Positions 8,719 to 15,750 of a stretch of DNA of 32,000 nt are shown piece after piece. The stretch covers positions 663,063 to 695,062 of the forward strand of contig CAZETV010000001.1 in NCBI GenBank assembly GCA_964514965.1. Direction: 5' to 3'. A program made the translations under genes and the position numbers. Position 1 is the first letter of the stretch, and each line of letters begins with the position of its first letter. Source of the stretch: Candidatus Hadarchaeota archaeon. GTDB taxonomy: Archaea; Hadarchaeota; Hadarchaeia; Hadarchaeales; Hadarchaeaceae. Below the pieces are notes generated by a model. That model searched no databases and was not told the origin of the DNA. It saw nothing but the letters and a program-made list of their open reading frames with translations.

Positions 8719-9116
8719 CTCGAAAGATACTATTAAGGTACTCCACTCAGAAAGCCACAGAGCCCATTTTAACATCAGTAATCAAAGAAACTGAGACCCT
8801 GCCCAATATTCTGTACGCTGAAGTCGGCACAAAAGGTGGGGAGATACTGCTTTCAATCGATGCTTCTGACAAAGAGGTTGATAAAACAATCGCGCTGTTC
8901 AAGCAAAAAGGCATTGAGGTCCAGGAGATTAAACGCGCTATCCAACTCGACCATGATTCATGCTTCGACTGTGGGGCATGTCTCTCACTCTGTCCGACCA
9001 GCGCGCTGCACATGATTGACGACAAATCGGTCGAACTCGACGAGAACAAATGTATTTACTGCGAACTTTGCGTTCCATCATGTCCGGTGCGAGCACTCAA
9101 GCTATCAAAGTTCTAG
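8715..9116 (+). CDS. NIL domain - 2x[4Fe-4S] ferredoxin fusion (MA1822 family)
   Basis: The N-terminal ~75 aa are NIL-like. They are followed by CFDCGACLSLCP and CIYCELCVPSCP. The ATGA start/stop overlaps the upstream gene. Confidence 0.8.
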   Translation: MTRKILLRYSTQKATEPILTSVIKETETLPNILYAEVGTKGGEILLSIDASDKEVDKTIALFKQKGIEVQEIKRAIQLDHDSCFDCGACLSLCPTSALHMIDDKSVELDENKCIYCELCVPSCPVRALKLSKF

Positions 9117-9896
9117 GTGATTCAAATATACTCTCAAACTTGGTCCTTCAAGGAGACCAATCTCTACATAAAGTGCGACGATGAGCGGGCGATAGACTCT
9201 GCAATCGACGCCAGCTTACAGGCTCGAAACGATATCGAGCGATACATCCTCACAAATCCAGAGTTTCGATGGTCGCTTGAGCCCCTGAAGTTAGAAGGCG
9301 AACATCCAAAAGTCATCGAGCTTATGCTGAAAGCAGGTGAACTCGCAGGGATAGGGCCCTTTGCAGCTGTTGCCGGAGCCATCTCACAAATCGCAGCTGA
9401 AGCAGCACGAAGTGCAGGCGCCGAAAACGTGCTGGTGGAAAATGGAGGAGATATGACCATAATCGGCGCTAGAGATTTTCATATAGGGATTTTCGCGGAC
9501 GACACACAGAACTCCGGAAAAATAGGCTTCCTTGTTCGGGCTGTGGAGTTGCCAATAGGAATCTGCACGAGTTCGGGAACGATCGGTCATTCGCTGAGTT
9601 TTGGACAATCAGATGCTGTCGTAGCGGTTGCGCGCGAAACTTCGGTGGCGGACGCAGCAGCTACCTCAATAGCGAACTCGGTTAGGGGAGAGAACCTCAA
9701 ATCTTCAATCAAGCAGGGGCTGAGCCGGGCCAAACGCATCCGAGAAATTAGGGGGTGTCTGATCATGAGGAGAGAACACATTGGAACTTGGGGCAAGCTC
9801 CCTGAGCTAATTCAGGTATCGCCAGAATCCCATGAACTTTCAAACACCCAGAAAAAATATCAAAATTACAAGCCAGAACAAGCATTGATTTTATAG
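9117..9896 (+). CDS. UPF0280 / ApbE-like protein (COG2122, MA1715-like)
   Basis: GICTSSGTIGHSLSFGQSDAVVAVA is the signature I associate with UPF0280. The GTG start directly follows the upstream TAG. Confidence 0.65.
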   Translation: MIQIYSQTWSFKETNLYIKCDDERAIDSAIDASLQARNDIERYILTNPEFRWSLEPLKLEGEHPKVIELMLKAGELAGIGPFAAVAGAISQIAAEAARSAGAENVLVENGGDMTIIGARDFHIGIFADDTQNSGKIGFLVRAVELPIGICTSSGTIGHSLSFGQSDAVVAVARETSVADAAATSIANSVRGENLKSSIKQGLSRAKRIREIRGCLIMRREHIGTWGKLPELIQVSPESHELSNTQKKYQNYKPEQALIL

Positions 9897-9921
9897 AACT
9901 TCAATGTGATATTAAAAATCA

Positions 9922-10212
9922 ATGACAATCACCGTAAAATTCTTCGCGGAATTTCGTGAAGCTACCGGGAAAAGACAGGAAAACATTGAAGGAGTAAGCG
10001 ACGCTGCTTCCCTTCTTGAAGAACTCGTCCGCAGGTTTGGGGAGAAGTTAGCTAAACTACTTTACTCTCCCGACAGACAAAAGCTCCGCAAAACTGTGAA
10101 CATTTTGGTAAATGGTAGAAGGATAAGTGCCTCCCAAGGACTTAAAACGCCTCTAAAGGATGGGGATGTGGTGGCAATCTTCCCTCCTGTGTCTGGTGGA
10201 AAGGTAAGATGA
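9922..10212 (+). CDS. MoaD/ThiS-family ubiquitin-like sulfur carrier with a C-terminal KVR extension after Gly-Gly
   Basis: 96 aa. The N-terminus is ITVKFFAEFRE and the end reads DGDVVAIFPPVSGG-KVR-stop. Confidence 0.75.
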   Translation: MTITVKFFAEFREATGKRQENIEGVSDAASLLEELVRRFGEKLAKLLYSPDRQKLRKTVNILVNGRRISASQGLKTPLKDGDVVAIFPPVSGGKVR

Positions 10213-10311
10213 AGACCAAAATTTACACCTCCTTGCCTCTACTGCAAGATTGCAAAGGAGTTTTTGAATCAATGTGGTGTTGAGTTCAAGGAATTAAACT
10301 TTCAGGAAAGT
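10209..10311 (+). pseudogene. glutaredoxin/NrdH-like gene remnant (frameshifted and 3'-truncated)
   Basis: ATG 10209 overlaps the MoaD stop (ATGA). Frame 0 gives MKTKIYTS. From 10234 the next frame gives CLYCKIAKEFLNQCGVEFKELNF, a classic Grx N-terminal half. No Grx-like C-terminal half follows, and the region is overlapped by the convergent gene. Confidence 0.5.
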
Positions 10312-10675
10312 AACGCTTTAACAGCCCTCGCAACGCTCCCGCATGACGCTCCTCGTCCTTGGCGGTCGTGTAGAAGTATGCCTTTTCTGGCTCGACGTGG
10401 TGGCTCGCTTCTTCGAGCCTGACCTTAGCAGCATTCTGCTCGCCAGCAAGCATCTTCTCCAAGTTTTCCTTAGTCGCACCAACTCCATTCGCCAGCAGCA
10501 CGACTTCTGACGCATGTTCCGCCTCTTCCCACGCAATCCTTTGCAGCACTGAAGCTATCTCGGGGTAACCTTCGCGCTCCGCCTGCTTAGCCATTGCTAG
10601 GTAGAGGCCGACCTCCGATGTCTCGCCTCGCGTCCAGCTCTTGAGGTACTCCTCCAATTTCGTCATTTTTCTCAC
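10286..10675 (-). CDS. ferritin-like diiron protein of the rubrerythrin family (no rubredoxin domain)
   Basis: It has two E...ExxH pairs (EREGY...EEAEHA and GEQN...DEERHA). A GGAGGTGA SD lies upstream. Confidence 0.7.
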   Translation of the reverse strand: MRKMTKLEEYLKSWTRGETSEVGLYLAMAKQAEREGYPEIASVLQRIAWEEAEHASEVVLLANGVGATKENLEKMLAGEQNAAKVRLEEASHHVEPEKAYFYTTAKDEERHAGALRGLLKRYFPESLIP

Positions 10676-10907
10676 CTCCTACAGAAGTGGTTCATAACCC
10701 TCACAATGACGGTTATAGCAACTTTCGCAGATGTGGACTATTTCTCCCTCGTTGGCCCTCATTAGATTCTCACCGTCCCACATATCTCACTTTTCATTGC
10801 CCACCCTGCACACATCCAATCTTATAGATGGTCACGTAACGTTCGTCACCGCCGCTATTAACTTGCAACCCCCAACTGCTTTCCGAGCATCTTTTCGAGT
10901 TCGAGCC

Positions 10908-11096
10908 TTAGGTCGTCGAAGTAATCGAAGGCCACAAGTCATAAAATGGGCCGCTTAGTTCGATAACGACAGAAGGGTCTTCCAGCTTGACGAGCTTAGC
11001 AACAGCCTCGACTCCGCACCATTTATTAAATTCAGTTAAAGCTCGAACCACAAACTCTTTGTAGCCACGAGTGTCAAAAGTCGATATCATTACCAT
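10908..11096 (-). CDS. hypothetical protein, possibly the 5' part of a disrupted gene
   Basis: 62-aa ORF starting 4 nt after the PadR-TRASH stop. Protein-like reading continues in other frames down to 10679 (see findings). Confidence 0.3.
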   Translation of the reverse strand: MVMISTFDTRGYKEFVVRALTEFNKWCGVEAVAKLVKLEDPSVVIELSGPFYDLWPSITSTT

Positions 11097-11100
11097 TTAC

Positions 11101-11547
11101 CTATTCACGGGCAAGATGTCTTTTGTAGGAGTTCGCGCAATGCACGCAGCAGAACATCAACATTTTTCCATCCATTCGCTCCTTGTGACCACCCTCGTAG
11201 ACCTTGCATCCACAGTGAGCGCACTTGGTCAACTTTGGTTCCAAAATTATAGAAACAATATCACTAAATCTGCCCAAGATTCGAGAAGTAGTTTTCCTTC
11301 CTTCACTCGTTAGCGTGTAAACTTTTTTCTTCCTGTCTCCCATCTTCACCACTTTGTGGGTCATCAGCCCGCTCTCCTCCAGCTTCTTTAAGAGCGGGTA
11401 AATCTGCCCTGGTGACGGTTTCTTGCCAAGTTTTTTCTCCAACTCCTCCATTATTTCATACCCGTGCCGAGGGGTCTCACTAAGAAGCACAAGCATGTAA
11501 AATTTGGTTAGGTTTGTGATATCCCCTCGCTCACCGACCATGAACAC
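11101..11547 (-). CDS. PadR-type winged-helix regulator fused to a C-terminal TRASH-like Cys motif (putative copper-responsive regulator)
   Basis: FYMLVLLSETPRHGYEIMEELEKKLGKKPSPGQIYPLLKKLEESGL is PadR-like. The C-terminus CAHCGCKV...FCCVHCANSY is a TRASH/YHS-like metal motif. It is divergent from copA. The start could be GTG 11547 or ATG 11541. Confidence 0.8.
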   Translation of the reverse strand: MFMVGERGDITNLTKFYMLVLLSETPRHGYEIMEELEKKLGKKPSPGQIYPLLKKLEESGLMTHKVVKMGDRKKKVYTLTSEGRKTTSRILGRFSDIVSIILEPKLTKCAHCGCKVYEGGHKERMDGKMLMFCCVHCANSYKRHLARE

Positions 11548-11571
11548 ACCATTTTAACATGAAAAGAAGAA

Positions 11572-11593
11572 ATATTTAAATATGATATATCAT
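11572..11593. promoter_or_regulatory. two overlapping perfect 12-bp palindromes (ATATTTAAATAT, ATGATATATCAT) in the padR/copA divergent promoter
   Basis: Read directly. Each sits where a TATA box for one of the two divergent genes is expected. Confidence 0.4.
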
Positions 11594-11613
11594 AAAAAGA
11601 GATATTGATAAAA

Positions 11614-14094
11614 ATGACCAGGGGAAAAATCACTGTCCGAATCAGCGGGATGCGCTGCGTGAGCTGTGCTCAAACCATCGAGAAAGCTTTAAAGAAGCAA
11701 GCAGGCGTCACGAATGTCAATGTCAACTTCGCCACAGAAAAAGCCACAGTCGAGTATGAATCAGACAAGATGAACACCGAAAAACTCGGAGAAGTCATAA
11801 AGAAAACGGGCTACGAACCTGTTGGCATCGCCCGCGAGGAAGGTCGTACCCGTGAGATAAGTCTCAAGCTCACTGGGATGACCTGCGCTTCATGCGCAAC
11901 CAAAATCGAGAAAGCGCTTAAAAGTGTGAATGGAGTTCGCCGTGCTAGCGTCAATTTCGCAACTGAAAAAGCAACTGTTGAATACGCTCCCGATATTGTG
12001 ACGCTGGTTGACCTTCGAAAGACCGTCCGAGATGTGGGGTACGGCGTAAGTGAGGAGGAGGAAGTCGACAAATCACTGACGGAGATGCAGCGAGCGCGTG
12101 TGCGTATGTTCATAGCTTGGGGCTTCACCATCCCCACCATCATCTGGATGGTAGCCGAGATGGTCTTCGGCGTGGTCTGGCCGAATTGGGAAATTTACAA
12201 CTTGGGGCTCATCCTGCTCGCCATCCCCGTACTTTTCTGGGTGGGCCTGCCGACGCTTCGTGGAGCTGCAAAAGCGATTTCCCATAAAACTGCGAATATG
12301 GATGTTCTCATCGCTATGGGAGCATCGATAGCCTTCCTCACTGGACCACCCATGTTCTTCGGAGTTCCCATTCTGAACTATTCTGGCGTTGCCGCGATGA
12401 TTATGGCATTCAATCTAACTGGCAGATACGTCGAAAACCAGGCAAAGGGTAGAGCATCCCAAGCTATTAAAAAGCTCCTAATGCTCGAAGCCAAATCTGC
12501 GCGCATTCTCGTTAAGGGCAAAGAGAAGGAAGTTCCGATTGAGGATATAAAAGTCGGCAATGTAATAATCGTGCGCCCCGGTGAGAAAATCCCAACCGAT
12601 GGGGTGATCATTGAGGGCGAAAGTGCGGTTGACGAATCAATGGCAACAGGTGAGTCCATGCCCGTGCATAAAAAGAAAGGGAACGAAGTCATTGGAGCCA
12701 CGGTCAACCAAGAGGGCCTCCTCAAAATCAAGGCCACGAAGGTCGGAAAAGACACTTTCCTCTCGCAAGTAATTAAAATGGTCGAGGAGTGTCAGGGAAC
12801 CAAGGTTCCAATCCAAGAGTTCGCCGACAAAGTCACCGGTTACTTCGTACCCGCCGTGCTGCTGATTGCCACGGCAACTTTCATTCTCTGGATTGCCGTG
12901 CCGGGTTTTATAGGAGGTGTCGCCACTTGGGCACAATCGTTCCTACCTTGGGTCAATCCAACATTGGGTGCGTTCACCCTCGCAATCTTCGCCACAGTCG
13001 CCGTACTCGTCATCGCCTGTCCATGTGCCCTTGGTTTAGCCACACCTACCGCACTTATGGTCGGCAGCGGATTAGGTGCAGAAAATGGCATCATCATCCG
13101 AAGGGGCGAGGCCATCCAGACACTCAAGGATGTAAATACAATCGTCTTCGACAAAACCGGTACCATCACCCAAGGTAAGGCAGCGCTCACCGATGTCGTC
13201 GCGACAAAGGACTTCACCCAAGGCGAGGTTCTGAGGCTGGCCGCGAGCGTCGAGGCTGGATCCGAACACTCCATTGCCAAGGCAATTGTATATGGAGCAC
13301 ACACCAAGAAAGTCAAGCCCGTGAAGTCTAAGGGATTCAAAGCGGTGCGGGGAAAGGGCGTTCGAGCTACCATCGATGGAAAGCAAATCTTAGTCGGGAA
13401 TCGCCTCTTCCTAAAGGAGACCAGCATAAAGGTTGCCGCGCTTGAAAGTGAACTAAAGCGCCTTGAAGATGAGGGCAAGACCGCGGTGCTCGTCGCCTCG
13501 GGCAACAAGCTCGTTGGGGTCTGCGCGGTGGCCGATACGCTAAAGGAGGACTCGGTGCAAGCGATCAAGGAGTTACACAAAATTGGGCTAAAGAGCATCA
13601 TGATCACCGGTGACAATCCACGCACTGCCAATGCGATTGCAAGACAGGTTGGAATTGACCGTGTACTTGCGGAGGTGCTACCCGACCAAAAAGTTGCGGA
13701 AATCAAGCGCCTACAAGGGGAAGGCGGTAGCATGGTGGCGGCAGTAGGCGATGGAATAAACGATGCACCTATGCTAACACAAGCTAATGTTGGTATAGCG
13801 ATTGGTACGGGCACGGATATCGCAATCGAGGCTGGCGATGTCATCCTAGTGCGCGGCGACCTTTCGAGTGTGGTAAGCGCGATAAAGCTCTCCCAGGCAA
13901 CATTTCGCAAAATCAAGCAGAACCTCTTCTGGGCATTCGGCTACAACACCGCCGCGATACCCCTTGCGATCTTCGGGCTACTTCATCCCGTTATCGCTGA
14001 ACTGGCGATGGCGACGAGCTCGGTGAGCGTGGTGAGCAACGCCAACCTGTTGAGACGGATCAATATTCAGCCCTCTTACTCATCTGAGAGATGA
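11614..14094 (+). CDS. copA: Cu+-exporting P1B-type ATPase with two N-terminal HMA domains
   Basis: It carries [15 protein letters not shown] and [22 protein letters not shown], canonical DKTGTIT, SEHS and [11 protein letters not shown] 11605 is an alternative start. Confidence 0.92.
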   Translation: MTRGKITVRISGMRCVSCAQTIEKALKKQAGVTNVNVNFATEKATVEYESDKMNTEKLGEVIKKTGYEPVGIAREEGRTREISLKLTGMTCASCATKIEKALKSVNGVRRASVNFATEKATVEYAPDIVTLVDLRKTVRDVGYGVSEEEEVDKSLTEMQRARVRMFIAWGFTIPTIIWMVAEMVFGVVWPNWEIYNLGLILLAIPVLFWVGLPTLRGAAKAISHKTANMDVLIAMGASIAFLTGPPMFFGVPILNYSGVAAMIMAFNLTGRYVENQAKGRASQAIKKLLMLEAKSARILVKGKEKEVPIEDIKVGNVIIVRPGEKIPTDGVIIEGESAVDESMATGESMPVHKKKGNEVIGATVNQEGLLKIKATKVGKDTFLSQVIKMVEECQGTKVPIQEFADKVTGYFVPAVLLIATATFILWIAVPGFIGGVATWAQSFLPWVNPTLGAFTLAIFATVAVLVIACPCALGLATPTALMVGSGLGAENGIIIRRGEAIQTLKDVNTIVFDKTGTITQGKAALTDVVATKDFTQGEVLRLAASVEAGSEHSIAKAIVYGAHTKKVKPVKSKGFKAVRGKGVRATIDGKQILVGNRLFLKETSIKVAALESELKRLEDEGKTAVLVASGNKLVGVCAVADTLKEDSVQAIKELHKIGLKSIMITGDNPRTANAIARQVGIDRVLAEVLPDQKVAEIKRLQGEGGSMVAAVGDGINDAPMLTQANVGIAIGTGTDIAIEAGDVILVRGDLSSVVSAIKLSQATFRKIKQNLFWAFGYNTAAIPLAIFGLLHPVIAELAMATSSVSVVSNANLLRRINIQPSYSSER

Positions 14095-14110
14095 GAGGAG
14101 GTGAGAGCAA

Positions 14111-14290
14111 ATGGCAAAGGACCCGGTTTGCGGAATGAAAGTGGACGAAGCTAAGGCTGAACACAAGGCGGAGTACAAAGGCAAAACGTATTACTTCTGC
14201 GCTCCTGTGTGCAAGACTGACTTCGAAGCAAACCCGGAGAAGTATACGAAGGGAACGGAAGCACATCATCACGGTGGTGGGCGCTGCTAG
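14111..14290 (+). CDS. YHS-domain (TRASH-like) small metal-binding protein
   Basis: 59 aa, below the ORF-track cut-off: MAKDPVCGMKVDEAKAEHKAEYKGKTYYFCAPVCKTDFEANPEKYTKGTEAHHHGGGRC. A GGAGGTGAG SD sits right after the copA stop. Confidence 0.8.
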   Translation: MAKDPVCGMKVDEAKAEHKAEYKGKTYYFCAPVCKTDFEANPEKYTKGTEAHHHGGGRC

Positions 14291-14310
14291 AAAAACTAGA
14301 AGAATATTCG

Positions 14311-14481
14311 ATGGTGAAAAATCCAGTCTGCGTCATGGACGTAGATGAGCGAAAAGCGGAGTTCAGGTAGAACTATCGTGGAAAGGTATACCCCTTCTGC
14401 TCGGTCGTGTGTATACGATGGTTCAGGAAGCGTCCGCAGAAGTACCTGAAGGGACAATCTAAAAAAGTGGACTACTTATGA
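14311..14481 (+). pseudogene. second YHS-domain gene interrupted by an in-frame TAG
   Basis: MVKNPVCVMDVDERKAEFR-TAG(14368-14370)-NYRGKVYPFCSVVCIRWFRKRPQKYLKG... is colinear with the neighbouring YHS protein. Confidence 0.6.
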
Positions 14482-14798
14482 AGAAGAACTAAACAATGCT
14501 CTGCTGTTTGGGACTTTTTGCAGATCTTTTCATCTGGCAATATCTGGGCGACCCATGGATAGTAATAGCCCCAGCCGTTGGATTCATCGTGAATTAGTTG
14601 AAGATGTGAAATTGTTCCAGAAAAAGCGTCCAGTCAAGAAGGGGGCTTGCCATGTCTGAGGTTTCCACTCGTGCTCGTGTTATTGTTCATAGCGGTATGG
14701 GCCCCCTGTTGCACAAGCGATGCCATATTCTCCCACCTATTCGCGAGAAGACCAAAACACATTAGAAGGACTTCCTAATACCCGCCGAAAGCCTTTTA

Positions 14799-14813
14799 TA
14801 TAACACTGTTATA
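14799..14813. promoter_or_regulatory. perfect TATAACactGTTATA palindrome overlapping the TTTTATATAA box upstream of the Met/Cys mini-ORF
   Basis: Read directly. Confidence 0.45.
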
Positions 14814-14827
14814 GAAAAACCGAAAGA

Positions 14828-14878
14828 ATGGTGATGATGATGAGGGATTTAGTTTGCCCGTGCTGTGTTTGCTGCTGA
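14828..14878 (+). CDS. 16-codon Met/Cys-rich mini-ORF (MVMMMRDLVCPCCVCC), candidate leader peptide or metal-binding micropeptide
   Basis: Hand translation. A TATA-like box is centred ~29 nt upstream and there is no SD, which fits leaderless geometry. It lies upstream of the sulfate-reduction operon. Confidence 0.35.
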   Translation: MVMMMRDLVCPCCVCC

Positions 14879-14973
14879 CTTAGTCACTACGCGGTTTTCA
14901 GCTGACCGTGTAAATTTGGTAATTTCAATCAATCACTTTTTATCTGTTATAGAACTAGTGAGGGGTCTGTCCG

Positions 14974-15750
14974 ATGCCCATTGAGACACTAGTCGCGATC
15001 GTGCTGGTCGGGGCCTTGGGCGGATATCTCGGCGGAATCGTGGGGGCGGGCATAGGAGCGACCGTAGTCCCTGGCCTAATTTTGCTCGGCATTGACCCCA
15101 TCATCGCGATTGGCTCAAGCTTGCTGCTACATGTGCTGATAGCTCCTCTTGGTGGGATCGCTCACTACAAATTTGGACACGTACGGCGAAGAATCTTAGT
15201 TCCATTGGTTCTAGCTGGGGTTCTGGGGGCCTTCTTCGGTGCCAACGCTTCCACACACCTACCTGCAGATGTGTTGAAGCTGCTCGTAGGCATCTCAGCC
15301 ATTGCTGCAGGCCTGCTAATCACAGTTAGATACCCTAGAACCAACCAGCGAAAGTTAACACTCCCCTCTGTCAAAAAAAGACTTCGGGTAGTCAGTACAC
15401 CCACGATAACAGCAATCGCCCTTATCGTGGGACTTTTATATGGGGCGTCGGGTGCAATGTGGGGCTCGATCGGTGTCCCTCTTTTAATTATAGTTGGAGT
15501 CACCCCTCACGTTGCGGTTGGTTCATCTCTGCTGGCACGATCCATCGTCGCCTTGGCCGGATCCTCAACCTACTACTTCCTGAACGGCATTCAAGCGGAC
15601 ATCATTCTATCGTTACTCGCTGGGGGGTCAATTGCTATTTTGCTCGGCGCACTCACCACAAAACGCCTTCCGTCCAGAAAGTTAAAACTAATCGTGGGCG
15701 TAGCTGTTATCGTGCTCGGCGCATCCGTCTTGGTGAAACAGATGATTTAA
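14974..15750 (+). CDS. TauE/SafE (DUF81) family anion permease, putative sulfate/sulfite transporter
   Basis: 258 aa and polytopic, with Gly-rich helices arranged in two similar halves, as is typical of DUF81. A GTGAGGGG SD lies upstream. Confidence 0.8.
   Translation: MPIETLVAIVLVGALGGYLGGIVGAGIGATVVPGLILLGIDPIIAIGSSLLLHVLIAPLGGIAHYKFGHVRRRILVPLVLAGVLGAFFGANASTHLPADVLKLLVGISAIAAGLLITVRYPRTNQRKLTLPSVKKRLRVVSTPTITAIALIVGLLYGASGAMWGSIGVPLLIIVGVTPHVAVGSSLLARSIVALAGSSTYYFLNGIQADIILSLLAGGSIAILLGALTTKRLPSRKLKLIVGVAVIVLGASVLVKQMI

Noticed and set aside
10210-10212. TGA read-through or selenocysteine fusing the MoaD-like protein to the glutaredoxin-like reading, which is in the same frame after the stop
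   Set aside because: The Grx N-terminus MKTKIYT is present in a different frame, starting at an overlapping ATG. A frameshifted separate gene therefore explains the data better. A carrier protein also needs a free C-terminus, and no SECIS-like element was recognised.
12840-13916. 358-aa ORF on the minus strand, plus other antisense ORFs at 11811-12143, 12378-12755 and 13072-13386
   Set aside because: It lies entirely antisense to the well-supported copA gene. Its low-complexity Ser/Thr/Ala/Pro-rich translation is typical of shadow ORFs in GC-rich coding DNA.
14496-14597. 33-codon hydrophobic ORF (MLCCLGLFADLFIWQYLGDPWIVIAPAVGFIVN) in the 350-bp spacer after the YHS genes
   Set aside because: It has no SD, no TATA at a suitable distance and no recognisable family. 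It may be a remnant or chance. It is recorded only as a possibility.
14482-14827. Possible riboswitch or structured ncRNA upstream of the sulfate operon
   Set aside because: I could not find convincing conserved helices or any known riboswitch core by eye. Only the short hairpin after the mini-ORF is reported.
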